In this document: positions 1 to 14,700 of the stretch, piece after piece
Numbering within the stretch: the first letter of the stretch is position 1
Layout: every line of letters starts with the position of its first letter
Assembly: GCA_051362555.1 (NCBI GenBank)
Contig: CM120641.1
Coordinates: forward strand, 1,736,001 to 1,800,000
DNA length: 64,000 nucleotides
Direction: 5' to 3'
From: Lingula anatina
Lineage: Eukaryota; Animalia; Brachiopoda
Translations under genes and position numbers: made by a program
Notes under the pieces: generated by a model
Told to the model about the DNA's origin: nothing
Database searches by the model: none
Seen by the model: the letters and a program-made list of their open reading frames with translations, nothing else

Positions 1-133
1 GGTTATTGTTTTCTTTACGACACCGCTGTTTTATTCAGAGAACATACGACAATGAAAATAAACTGAAATGACGCATATACAGTTTGTCATCTATTATAAA
101 ACTGCTGAAAGGAATGCTACGTCCTTCTGAAAT

Positions 134-2748
134 TCAACCCTGAAGGTACTCCTCCACCAGTACGTCGTTTTCAGTGGCCCCCGATCCTGTGTCCGTGGTC
201 TCTACAGTCTGAGGTGTCGTAGTCGTCTTCATCTGAGCCGTAGACGCCGGTTTGGGTGACGTCACACGGGTGGTATTCACTATGTGTCAAAAGGCACATC
301 GTCGGTAAAGAATAAATTACATCTTTTGGAATTTGGAAGGAACGTTTTCTACTACCAGATTGAAAACATAATCAAGTATACTCACGGTCTAAAATACACT
401 GAAAGGTGAAAGGCTAATTATCATCGACTTTGCAGAGTTAGATAATGCATGTTACGATAAATCAGGTTTAACACAAGCATTGCCGCGTTTGGCGAATATG
501 TGTTTTGATTCTTACTTTCACACTTGAAAGTTTTTCCTGACCATGCGCCATTAGTACACGTTCTGGTATCGTCACCCTCGGCCTTCGTGTAGCCCGTCTT
601 GCAACGATGGATGATTCGAGCACCATCTTTTAGTTTTCCGTCAGGGAAATGATCTATCAAGGTATCTGCATTTTCAGCATACGGCAACCCACTGCAGAAC
701 TCTGTAACATTAGGTTGAAATGTAAATGAAGTAAGACAATGAAACAAAATATACATGTACCACTGTCTTTTTTTCAATTCTTGGAAGCCAGGGGGTGAAT
801 TAAGGAATATGCATGCTGTGCAGTAAAGGTGTTTAAATGAACACATCAAGAAAAATAGACTGTAATACGCAAAAATTAAATTTTGACAAGGAATCTTGAT
901 ATATACCAGTATGTACCTGCCAACCAATAACAGTCTGACTTTTGGCATAAAACAGTTTTTTCTTAATTAACGAAAAAGTAAATTACATTTGGAAACACTT
1001 TAACTTATGTGCCTCATCGTCTGGAGTTGCCCATAGAAACGTAAGTTGTTTTTTTTTTGGCGTTTCCTTATCATATGACTAGGGCGTCATTGCTGTTTAT
1101 CAAAATGTTCAATTGATGGCGTTTTTACGTTGGCGGTTTATCATACCCAGTAACTAAGATACTACAATACCAAACTGCCATGCAGCTTTAAAACTGTGCA
1201 TTTGTCAAAATATATAGTTCTTCACCTGGGATATACATGGAGGTCTTTTAGAGAAAGGGTTTATCAGTTTATAAAATGATAAAAAAAAACTGGGAAATAT
1301 TACACGAACCAGACCTCCCAGATTGTGGAATCATTCCAATTTAATCGATTATTCAATTATTTTCCATTTGATTATTTACAAATCCCATTCCTGAATAGTT
1401 AGACAACACTTGTAAAACAAACAGCCTACTTTCACAGATGATATCAACTCCCGTCCAACTGCCTCCGATGCACGTTTTGATAGAGGAACCACCAGCTTGT
1501 ACAGAGTTTCCTTTACAAATGTAGTATGCACTGCTGCCCTCTACAATTGGGAACACCGGCATCACAACGTTGGTGTTCTGGACACTTGGTGGGGGTGCAC
1601 ATGAACCTGTAGAATGGTTTAATTTTCCTATGAAGTTCTGCAAAACTGAAACCATACTACATGTGTTGTGGGTATACGCGGTATAACCAAGACTTTATTC
1701 TTACAGGAGTAACTTTTAGACGTCCAAAGAACTAGGTCCAACCCAAAAGTGATTGAACAGAGACAACCGTTGGTTGTGATACATATATTTGTAGTATGGC
1801 TGACAGTTTTCACTGTCCAACTCATGAACTTGGTGATCTGATCCCTACAGTTGGGCTTATTGTAAGGTAATTCTAAAGAGTACCGGTATGTACCAGACGC
1901 ATAAAAAACTTTGCATAGGAATAGGGGGAATAGTGAATCTTATGAACTCAGCAATGAAAAGTTTATCTAAAAGACTTGATTTGATAATTAGAATGACAAC
2001 CATTCAAGGACGGAAAGCACTGACTGCACAGGCTGCATGTCATCTAATTTGCCATGGGTCAATATCTTTGTATTCTATCGAACGCCTTTAACCATTTTGC
2101 AATAAAAAGGGGAAGGGGTAGATTATGTTCAAGCTCGGGAGAAACGACATATAAGGTGCAAAAGAAATGCCATGTGTCTCAAGTTTTTTTGATAACAGGA
2201 AATTATTTACAAAATTAACATATAGCCACTTTTTCCAATTTCTTTTACATTGTTAACCTATCCGTGTACTGGTGTCGTTTATTTTGATCAATTTGAACTA
2301 CTTACTTTTGCATTGAATGCTACCCTGGGTCCATTTACCGTCCCGGCAGGTTTTAACGTGTGTCTGTTCAAAGCCAGTGGACACAAAACCAGAGGCACAG
2401 CTGTACGTGAACGCGTCTCCCTCTGTGGGAACGTTTTTTCTGATTTGGGGGCTTATTGTGGTATTAGGAATGGATGGCGGGGCGGGACACGCTCCTGAAA
2501 TATTGATTTACAGGCAAACGAGGCAGTAGCGTGCGCTTTTGTTATAAACTATGATGAATATTTATACTTGAGACGTCACAGAAGACACATTAGGAGTGTT
2601 GAACAGAGTACTCTGTTGAAGTACCCCCCCATCTTTTCTGCTGTAATTTATCTAATTTTTATGAAAACCACAAAATGATATCCTGTGTTTCAACTTGACT
2701 TAAAAAATAGCGCCGATTCAAATTCATTAGGGCCCTACACATATCAAG

Positions 2749-2785
<37 letters not shown>

Positions 2786-5700
2786 TTAATAATAATAATA
2801 TAAAGTTGCATCGATTAAAACAAGTACTTTTACAAGTTTTATTCGACAGGTTGACCCAGAAGCCGTTAGTACACATAACGTTGATAGGGTTGGAAGGTTC
2901 GTAGCCCTTCCAACACTTGTAGTTTACGGAGTCCCCGCTGCTGTAGATTGCCGATGCATTTTCAACCATTTCAGCGTGCTGGTAAAGAGGTGGCTGTGGG
3001 CAAATCTCTGAAACAAGCCACAATCTATTCAACAAACCCTCAAAATGTCACAACATACATTTTAATAGAGAAATATTACTAAAGATATGTCGATTTTAAT
3101 TCAATTAAATATGACAGAATAAAAAAGATAAGTTACTTTCTTTGGAAATGAGCTATTACATGGTGACAATTGAACAAGATATTTAAAAATTTAAAAATTA
3201 ATGAGTTTAAAAACAATGGGTTAACAACCAATTAGGGAATGGAAATTTTATCACACACTGAAAGCAATCGTAAAGGCACTTTGGGCTCCGAAGTGTCACC
3301 TATTTTACACAAACGTCATCAGGTTATTAATCAAAACATTTGTTTAGTTTGGTGATAACTTACTCGTGCACTTAATTTTTTTGCCGTGCCATTTTTCAGA
3401 AACACAGGTCAAGGTTCTTAAGCCGTCTTTGTTGATATACCCTTTATTACACACGTACACTGCTTGGTCGCCCTCTTTGTACGTTTTATTGTTCACTAAA
3501 GTGGCATGGCTGAAGGCAGGTGGTTCTGGGCATATTTCTGAAAGTCAACGATTATAATGTTATTTAAGACACAAATATTGTGAATTAATAGTACAAGAAT
3601 AAGAATAAGAGTAATTTTTCTTCAATCAACAGCTAATATTGACAGCTGATACTATCTTCAATATTTCTGAGAGACATCCAAATATTGGAGGTTATATGAA
3701 CTGTCAATGTTAGCTGCTGATTAAAGAAAAATTACTCAGTACTTATTACATAACATAACAAATGAAATTTTCTCTAACTTAAATACACGACATGTTTGTA
3801 CCTATCATTTAAACACAATTTCAACCACATCTTGCTATTAAAGGCCACATTAAAAACAACTGATTAACTAGTCTGCGGATCAAATATTGCAACCTGCTTA
3901 AAAGGGTATACCAGTAAAAGACACTGAATGCATTTCCTGCGGGGATTACGCAACAAACATTCAAGTGGGTCGGCCATATTTGATCCCCGGACTAGTAAGG
4001 TCGGCTGTTGTGAATGCGATTGAATTTCTTAAGACGGGATTTAGTGTGACTTTTGATAGTTCGTACCAGAACATTTGGTGCTGCTGTGCACCCACGCTCC
4101 GTCTGAACACAGTAACGTCGCAGTTGTCCCGGGTTGATATTCACACATGTATTTGACGGTGTCTCCTTCTTTGAAAAGTGTGGAATTTGTCAAGAATCTT
4201 AACTTGGAGAGCTTCCTAGGGTCGCTACATGTCTCTAAAATAGCAATATGGTGACCAGTCATATTTTAACCTATGTTAAGTTTCAAGAGAGAACATTCAC
4301 CGATGCACCACCTATAAAATACTGCCCCTACAAAATACTGCCAATGTGTTTAAAAACGTTATGTAACATTACGAAGGTTATTTGTTAAAGGATAAGCTTA
4401 TCTTTTAAGATGAAAAAGAGACATATAGCACTGTGTTATTACATTATTATGGTAGTAAAGAAGAGTTAACGAACTTAATAATGATAATGAAAGGTCAAAA
4501 CTTACGTAGACATACGATGTCCTTTCCCTTCCAAGCACCGTTCGTACAGGTCCTGACAGCAGATCCGCCATTTTGAGCATAGCCAGTTTTACAAGAATAA
4601 GTCACTGTGTCGTCTTGGAAGATACTAGCAGCGGTGAGAGGTGCTCCAGAAACAACGGCATTGGCTGGCGTAGGAGGTTTTTGACAAATCCCTGTGAAAT
4701 ACAGGGATGGATTTATGGAAATGTATACACTAAAGTACATTACCCAACTGATGATGATGGCTTTCAATTACTCTGTTGAATTTACATCTTTTAGTCATCA
4801 TTGAGTTGTATACACAATTAAGTATGTTGTTTACGAGATTTATAGAACCGTATTATGATGTCAATATGGTAGATAAAACAACACAGAAAAGAATTAACGA
4901 AATCATTTTATAATGATGAAAGGTTCAAACTTACGCTGACATAGTATGTCCTTTCCCGCCCAAGCACCGTTCGTACAGGTCCTGACAGCAGATCCGCCAT
5001 TTTGGGCATATCCAGTTTTACACGAATAAGTAACTGTGTCGTCTTGGAAGATATTAGAAGCGCTGAGAGGTGCTCCAGAAACAACGGCATTGGGTACCGT
5101 AGGAGGTTTTTGGCAAATTTCTGTGAAATACAGAAACAGATTAATGAAAATGTATATTGTAAAATACCTGAACCAAATGATGATGTTGGCTTTCAATTAC
5201 TTTGTTGTATTATAATCCTTTAGTAATCATTGGTTTGTATACGCAATTAAGTATGTTAAAAACTACATTTATACAACCATATTATGATGTCAGTATGATA
5301 GCTAAAACAACACAGAAAAGAATTAACGAAATCATTTTTATAATGATGAAAGGTTCAAACTTACGCTGACATACGATGTCCTTTCCCACCCAAGCACCGT
5401 TCGTACAGGTCCTGACAGCAGATCCGCCGTTTTGAACATATCCAGTTTTACACGAATAAGTCACTGTATCGTCTTGGAAGATATTAGCAGCGGTGAGAGG
5501 TGCTCCAGAAACAACGGCATTGGCTACCGTAGGAGGTTTTTGACAAATTTCTACAAAATCAAAATACAAAAAGTTTTCGAAATACATACGAATGAAGTGA
5601 AGAAGAACATGCAATAGTTTAATAACGGAATGAAAGACGCACAGTGGAACAAAATTGTGAAATGGTATGTACAGTGGTACAAAACGTGAAAGGACACAGT

Positions 5701-8700
5701 GGCACAGTGGTACATGTACGATACAATAAGGGACATGCAATAATGCAAATTTGCGACGTATGGTACAAACTGTAAATGATGGAAGGTGTGAAAAGGATAT
5801 CAGAAGACGCACAGGAAAGGCTATAATAGTTTCAGTCAAATGTCTACAATATTTAAGAATGGGGCTTCTCAGATGTTTTGTATGGTCTATTTTTTGGTAC
5901 GGCAGTGAGGCATAGACTCTCTCGACTGCAATAACTAAAAACAGTGGCTGCAGAGATGTGGTTTGACCTAATGCTGCGTATCTAACAGGGGCGGCTCGAG
6001 GATTATTTGAAGGGGGCCCGCGGATGCGAAGTCGACCCTTCCCGCCACACACTTGGCGTGAGGTTCGGGACCCCTGAAAGGCCCCGAAAATTTTTTGGTA
6101 ATTTAGAGGGCGAACGGTGCCATTGGGCACAGTTTAGAACTATGTTTCAGGTAGTCAAAATTCTAATTACAAGAGGGAACCAGAAATCGAAGGGGAGTCA
6201 GGACCCCTCTGACCCCCCTCTAAATCCGCCACCGTCTCATGTAATGCTCATGAAACTAACATTTCGGTCCTCAAGCGAGTTGGACATGACCGACAAACCC
6301 TTTAATAATTATGAAGGAAAGACAGATACAATTCACCGGTCATATCGACAGAAAAGGCCAATTCGGGGACCTCATCTTGGCTGGAAAGATTCCTAGGAAG
6401 AAAGCTAGAGGCAGGCAAAGGCTCCTGTTCCTAAACCAACTAAAGAAAAACAGGAATGAACACGCAAAGAAAAATATGAGATGCAGCAAGGAATCGGACG
6501 CTGAAACTGGCATCATAAAGTGGCGTAAGGGATATTTGATGGCGTCGGGCATCTTCTTAAACAATTAGTGCTGTGATAATTGATAATAATATGCTCTGTC
6601 AGAAGCCTCAGGTAGAGAGTGGTCAAATTACGCTTGCAGTTCAAGGTCCCGCCACTCCACTTTCCGTTCGTGCATGTTTTGACGACCACGGGCGCAGCCC
6701 CAGAGTTCATGTAGCCCAGAGAACAGCTGTAGACGGCGATGGCGCCCTCCACGTGGGTTTGGCTGGTATGCGGGAGGGTCAAAGTGGCATGAGGCAAAGT
6801 TGGTGGTGTCGGGCATACTCCTAAACAAAAGAAAAGACGAAAAAATATGTTCATCAATTAAAAACGATTAATTATATACAGGATATATAATGTAAACAGT
6901 AATACGCTTTTATCTTGCCTCCATTTTTTAGATAGTTTTGCGATTGGATTGATATTTGTAGGGAAGCCAAGGAGATTAGAATACATGTCCCCGGTATAAT
7001 TGGGAACTACAACCATTCAATTTCAAGAATGGAACACACTGACTGCACAAGCTGTATGTCGTCTAAATTGTCAAGGTTCAATATCTCTGCGTTCTATCGA
7101 GCACCTTTTAACCACTTTGCAAAAAAAGGGAGATAATGTTAAATCTCAGGAGGAAAGATGCTAGCCATCCATTGCAAAAGAATGTCAAATGACTCAACTC
7201 TTTTGGACAACACGGAATCAAATTTTCACAGAGTTAACGTATAGAAAATGACTATTTTCTCTAAATTCTTTTATATCTTAAACCTCTCCCTGTTCTAATA
7301 CCGTTTACTCAGATCAATTTTAACCACTTTTGCACTGAAACTGAATGCTACCCTGGGTCCATTCACCGTCGCGGCAGGCTTTAATGTGTGTCTGTTCAGA
7401 GCCAGTGGACACAAAACCAGAGGCACAGGTGTACGTAAACGCATCTCCCTCCGTGGGAACGCTTTTTCCGATTTCGGGGGTTACTGTGGTATCAGGAAGG
7501 GAAGGTGGCGCGGGACATGCTCCTCAAATGTTGGGTAAAAGAGGCAGAAGTGTGCGCTTTCGTTATGAACTACGATGAATATTTATACTTGAGACGTCCA
7601 AAATTGGTGTTCGTTAGCTAAAATTATCATTTGGCATAATCACAGAAGACAAATATCAAAACCACAAAATGATATCCTGTGTTTCAACTTGACTTTGAAA
7701 ATAGCGTAGATTCAAATTAATTCATTCATGACAGGGGGCCTATACGTTAGGTATAATAATATAAAATTGCATCGATTAAAACAAGTACTTTTACAAGTTT
7801 TATTCGACAGGTTGACCCAGAAGCCGTTAGTACACATAACGTTGATAGGGTTGGAAGGTTCGTAGCCCTTCCAACACTTGTAGTTTACGGAGTCCCCGCT
7901 GCTGTAGATTGCCGATGCATTTTCAACCATTTCAGCGTGCTGGTAAAGTGGTGGCTGGGGGCAAATCTCTGAAACAAGCCACAATCTATTCAACAAAACC
8001 TCAAAATGTCACAACATACATTTTAATAGAGAAATATTACTAAAGGTTGGTCGATTTTAATTCAATTAAATATGAGAGAATAACAAAAGATAAGTTACTT
8101 TCTTTGGAAATGAGCTATTACATAGTGACAATTTAACAAGATCTTTAAAAAACAACCAATTAGGGAATGGAAATTTAATCACACACTGAAAGCAATCGTA
8201 AAGATACTTTGGGCTCCAAACTGTCACCTATTTTACACAAACGTCATCAGGTTATTAATCAAAACATACATTTCATTAAGCAGGTGATAACTTACTCGTG
8301 CATTTAATGTCTTTGCCGTCCCATTTTTCAGAAACACATGTCAAGGTTCTTAAGCCATCTTTGTTGATATACCCTTTATTACACACGTACACTGCTTGGT
8401 CGCCCTCTTTGTACGTTTTGTTGTTTACTAAAGTGGCATGGCTGAAGGCAGGTGGTTCTGGGCATATTTCTGATGAAATTCAAAGAATAAAAGGTCATTT
8501 AAGAAAGAATATTGTGCTTTAATAGTGTCTTTGGGAGAGGCACTACAATACACTATATAAGAATAAGAGTAAATTTTCTTCAATCAACAGCAAATATTGA
8601 CAGCTGATACTATCTTCAATATTTTTGAGAGACATCCAAATAAATGAGCTGTCAATGATAGCTGCTGATTGAAGAAAATTGCTTAATTCTTATTACATAA

Positions 8701-11700
8701 CAAATGAAATTCTCTCTAACTTAAATACACGACATGTTTGTACCTATTATTTAAACACAATTTCAACCACATCTTGCCATTTAAGGCCCCATTCTAAACA
8801 ACGGACCGACTACATGTAGTCTGCGGATCAAATAATGCGACCTGCTTAAAAGCGTATACCATTAAATGGATCCCTGCGGGGATTATGCAATCCAAAGATT
8901 CAAGTGGGTCGGCCATATTTGATCCCCGGACTAGTAAGGTCGGCTGTTGTGAATGCGATTGAATTGCTTAAGACGGGATTTAGTGTGACTTTTGAGAGTT
9001 CGTACCGGAACATTTGGTGCTGCTGTGCACCCACGCTCCGCCTGAACACAATAACGTCGCAGTTGTCCCGTTCTGGTATTCACACATGTATTTGACGGTG
9101 TCTCCTTCTTTGAAAAGTATGGATTTTGTCAAGAATATTAACTTGGAGAGCTTCCTGGGGTCGCTACATGTCTCTAAAACAGCAATATGGTGACCAGTCA
9201 TATTTTAACCTAGGTTAACTTTCAACAAAGAACATTCACCGATGCACCACCTACAAAATACTACCAATGTGTTTAAAAACGTTATGTAAAATTACGAAGG
9301 TTATTTGTTAAAGGATAAGCTTATCTTTTAAGATGAAAACAAGACATATAGCACTGTGTTATTATATTATTATGGTAGTTAAGAAGAGCTCACGAACTTA
9401 ATAATGATAATGAAAGGTTAAAACTTACGTAGACATACGATGTCCTTTCCCTTCCAAGCACCGTTCGTACAGGTCCTGACAGCAGATCCGCCATTTTGGG
9501 CATATCCAGTTTTACAAGAATAAGTCACTGTGTCGTCTTGGAAGATATTGGCAGCGGTGAGAGGTGCTCCAGAAACAACGGCATTGGCTAGCGTAGGAGG
9601 TTTTTGACAAATCCCTGTGAAATACAGGGATGGATTTATGGAAATGTATACACTAATGTACATTACCCAACTGATGATGATGGCTTTCAATTACTCTGTT
9701 GAATTTACATCTTTTAGTCATCACTGAGTTGTATACACAATTAAGTATGTTGTTTACGAGATTTATAGCACCGCATTATGATGTCAACATCGTAGATAAA
9801 ACGACACAGAAAAGAATTAACGAAATCATTTTATAATGATGAAAGGTTCAAACTTACGCTGACATAGGATGTCCTTTCCCGCCCAAGCACCGTTCATACA
9901 GGTCCTGACAGCAGATCCGCCATTTTGGGCATATCCAGTTTTACACGAATAAGTCACTGTGTCGTCTTGGAAGATATTAGTAGCGGTGAGAGGTGCTCCC
10001 GAAACAACGGCATTGGCTAGCGTAGGAGGTTTTTGGCAAATTTCTGTGAAATACAGAAATAGATTAATGAAAATGTATATTGTTAAATACCTGAACCAAA
10101 TGATGATGTTGGCTTTCAATTACTTTGTTGTATTATAATCCTTTAGTAATCATTGATTTGTATACGCAATTAAGTATGTTGAAAACTACATTTATACAAC
10201 CGTATTATGATGTCAGTATGATAGCTAAAACAACACAGAAAAAAATTAACGAAATCATTTTTATAATGATGAAAGGTTCAAACTTACGCTGACATACGAT
10301 GTCCTTTCCCGCCCAAGCACCGTTCGTACAGGTCCTGACAGCAGATCCGCCATTTTGGGCATATCCAGTTTTACACGAATAAGTCACTGTGTCGTCTTGG
10401 AAGATATTAGCAGCGGTGAGAGGTGCTCCAGAAACAACGGCATTGGCTACCGTAGGAGGTTTTTGACAAATTTCTGCAAAATCAAAATACAAAAAGTTTT
10501 CGACATACATACGTATGAAGTGAAGAAGAACATGCAATAGTTTAATTACGGAATGAAAGACGCAAAGTGGAACAAAATTGTGAAATGGTATGTACAGTGG
10601 TACAAAACGTGAAAGGACAGTGGCACAGTGGTACGATATAAAAAGGGACATGCAGTAATGCAAATTTGCGACAAACTGTAAATGATAGAAGGTGTGGAAA
10701 GGATATCAGAAGACGCACAGGAAAGGCTATAATAGTTTCAGTCAAATGTCTACAATATTTAAGAATGGGGGACTTCTCAAATGTTTTGTATGGTCTATTC
10801 TTTTGTACGGTAGTAGAGGCATAGACTCTCGGCTGCAATAATTAAAAACAGAGGCTGAAGAGGTGCGGTTCGACCTAATGCTGCGTAACTCAAATAATGC
10901 TCATGAAACTAACATTTCGAACCTCAAGCGAGTTGGACAAGACCGACAAACCCTTAGGTTTCTGAAGGAAAGACATATAAAATTAATCGGTCATGTCACT
11001 AGAAAAGGCCAAATCGGGGACCTCATCCTGGCAGGAAAGATTCCAGGCAAAGGCTCCTGTTCCTAATCTAACTAAAGAAAAACAGGAATGGACACGTAAC
11101 GAAAAATATGGGACGCAGCAAGGAATCGGACGCTGAAACTGACAACAATAAGTGGCGTGAAGAAAAGTTGGTGGCGTCGGGCATCTTCTTAAAAAAAGGA
11201 ATAATATGTGAATTAGTGCTGTGATAATTGATAATCATGTGCTCTGTCAGAAACCTCAGGTAGAGAGTGATCAACTTACGCTTGCAGTTCAAGGTCCCGC
11301 CACTCCACTTTCCGTTCGTACATGTTTTGATCACCACTGGCGCAGTCCCAGAGTTCATGTAGCCAAGAGTACAACTGTACACGGCGATGGCGCCCTCCAC
11401 GTGGGCTGGGCTAGTATGCGGGAGGGTCAAAGTGGCATGAAGAAAAGTTGGTGGTGTAGGGCATGTTCCTAAACATAAGAAACGACGAAAACATACGTCA
11501 TCAATTTAAAAACGATTAAATTGTATACAGTTTATGCAATGAACACAGATAAGACCATCTATTTTCTAGATAGTTTTGCTTTTGAAATCATATTTGTAGG
11601 GCTGTAAGGAAGCCAAGGATTGAAATATGTGCCCCCCTCGGACCCTGCTTAATACAGATAATATATATAGTATACATACAATGGGAGCTGATAACACACA

Positions 11701-14700
11701 AGTTTCCTATAACATATTACACTGTACATGTACAAATTGTTCAAATTTTATAAAAGCAACAACTCGGAATACTCGTAAGAAACACTATACAAATAATCTA
11801 CGAAAATTTGCTTTCATACATATTAGATATGCCTCCAGCGTAAGCGAGCGTTCTTATATCGATACAGCAACCTTTAGAATAATTCCATTCTATAGTTATT
11901 ACTAACGTTTACAAGTTTTTACATCCAGATTGGTCCATTTTCCATCTTCACCACACAGCACACTGATGGGACCGTTTGATGTGTAACCTGGAACACACGT
12001 GTAATTTGCCTTGTCACCGCTGGTATAGACAGCATTTAAGTTCCCTAAACGTCGACCATTTTCTAGACGTGGCGGAGGTTGACAGATCTCTAAAATAAAT
12101 CGAGGTGTATTTAAGAAATACATAAAGACATGCAAAGAGCTTTAGACTTAGCAAAAAACATGGAGTTTCCTAGAAATTACAGCAAATTTCAATCATATGC
12201 CCGATCCCAAACCGTTGAGAACATACCGATCAATAAATCTGAGTGATAAGTTTCATTTTCGGGTTACTCTCTCATAATGGGAAGGAAAGTGATGAATTAT
12301 TAGCGTGATGCTGAAACTTTCAACACCGAAAACAGGTTGTTATTTGCTCAACAATTTTTGATAGGGTGCCTAAAGAAAAATGGTTGAAATTTCCACAAAA
12401 ATTGATTGTCGGATAACTGTCTGCCTTTAAATGTGCGTTGTGAATTGAAAGATATGTGTGCAAAATATTCAACATATCGCACTGTGGTATAAAACTTTTT
12501 GTAGAAAGAAATTTACGTAAACCATGACAGCAACTTGTTTACTTTTTATTTATTCATTTTATTTATTTATTTATTTATTTATTTTTGGGAGGGGGAGGGT
12601 ACATACTGCCGCATTTAATGTCTGTCCCTGTCCAAGTTCCAGATCTACATGACCTTATTGCGTCTCCATCGATTTGGGCAAACCCAGACTGACAGAGGTA
12701 GAAAAAGGCTGCTCCATCCATATAGAAGTGCGCGAATTGTCCGTGTGAGCTGGAAGTATTGGGGATAACAGGCGGAGCACTGCATGTACCTGAAGAAAAA
12801 ATGTTTGATTAAGATTTTTAACTTTTTTTCATTTCTTCAAAAGAATTACCGTTCAATACTCACTAAATTAACCATTGTGTACACACACTGGACAATATAA
12901 GTGTCACCCCTACTGATCCAATACTGTTGAATGATAGGGGAGACCGGGGCTAGTTGGACCCCGGGGTAAGTTGGCCCCCGTCAATTTATGACAAAGTAAC
13001 TACGAGTTAAAAAAATAGGCCATATACTCTTGTAAAGTGACCGTAGCCTACAATGCTAAGGAAGTGTCGGACGTTAAAAAGTTTTACTTAAGCGGTGATT
13101 CGAAATAAAGTATTTTTGCACCTAAAAGTAATTTTGTTAAAGAGATTTAAAAATCTATTTCATAGGCTTTTGATCGAATATAATATATGTATAGGGCATC
13201 AAACTGAAGCTCATTGTTTCAAGTTTCACAGAGACGTATCATCGTTGCTCATTCTAGCACCATAAATGGCTGCCATCCTTTAAAATAAAAAGTGTGCACC
13301 CGGGGCTAGTTGGCCCCCTTGACTCGGGGCAAGTTGGACCCTTATATTACCCACAAACCTTTGCGCGCAACACAGCTAGAGACCATTGTTGAAACAAACT
13401 CAATGGTTTAAAACTGAACATGTAACTTTCTTTTAAAACAAAAATTTATTATTCGTTTTCATTCATTAAAACCTGCTTTATACCATTATTAATAAATTCT
13501 TTATTAAAATGAAACAAATTTTATTGATAGATATTCTGCTTCTTGCAACTTATACCCCCCCTACAACATGACGTACGGAAACCTCAATAAATCTGTCTCA
13601 TTTGAACTATTTATTCATCAAAGACTCTCAAAAGTCAATTTAATAAATTAAAAATGTATAAAAATGTATTACAAGGCGTTTACGTGGGATATTTACTCCA
13701 TTTTTGTTTAGGGGCCAACTTGCCCCGTGGCGGGGCAAGTTGGCCCCCCCTGACGTCAACTGCGTTTTTTGTCAAATTTGAAAAATAATGACGTTGCATA
13801 CGTAGCTTAGTTCATGGGGCTTACTTTGAAACCGGTTTTGTTACTCTTACTCATTCCTAGTTGGCTCTACAAGGCCAAAAGTGTCTAACTAGGCCAACTA
13901 GCCCCGGTCTCCCCTATGCTCCTGGTATCATTTTATTAACATCAAATTTCCCCAAAAGGCCAACAATACAATTACATGGTACAGCGGTTTTATACTCATT
14001 ACTTTGATTACTCTTATTCAGGGGGTGACACTCCTATTGTCCAGTGTGTGTATAGTTTGTTACTTTTATTTATTCTCGTACCTGTAGTTAGTTAAAAATT
14101 TCGTACCAGACAATTTAAAGCTTACAATACGTATAAAATCCACAAGGAAATATCAGCTTACGTTTACACAGAATATCATCACCACTCCACTGTCCTGCAA
14201 TACATGTCCTTGTGGTATCTCCACCAACCTTACCATAGCCGACCAGGCAGTGGTACTTGACGGACATTCCTTCTGTGTAAACCGCCGGTGAACCGTCAGA
14301 GGTCTGGACTAAAGCGGCTCCAGATGGGTTTGATGGGGACGGGCACGCCCCTGTCAAGTACACAAAGACATTATATGTGTTCTCTCTAAGTCATTAGCTT
14401 CAACTTCTTCGATAGATTTCTTCTACTTTAATTTTCTCTTTCTGTCTTTAGAGAAGTTACAAATTGATGGATGGTCCTTTAAAATACAATCCATTTGATG
14501 AACCCTACGGTTTTTTTTTTTTTTTTTTGGAAGAGGCAAGTTGTTAAGAGGTATACTCTGTATAGAATTTCGAGTCAGTACATTTTAAAATAGCAGGAAA
14601 AACATACTTTCGCACAATATGCTTCCATTCTCAGGTTTCCACGTTCCTAGTTGACAAGTTCTCACGGCTTCCCCACCAGTTCTTGCATATCCAGCCCGGC

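Larger units (their letters stand above)
1992..11635. repeat. ~4.7-4.9 kb direct tandem duplication of an 8-CCP-exon block (copy 1 ~1992-6995, copy 2 ~7005-11635)
   Basis: Near-identical exons and introns at offsets of 4923-5022 bp (5365/10288, 4067/9006, 2828/7789, 2306/7328), and 4648 bp beyond the 5986-6234 insertion (6632/11280). Confidence 0.9.

Noticed and set aside
421-11430. Long ORF-track entries such as 5282..6130 and 421..948 as standalone genes
   Set aside because: They are single CCP exons read through into intron sequence; the hydrophobic flanks are intronic polypyrimidine tracts, not signal or TM segments.
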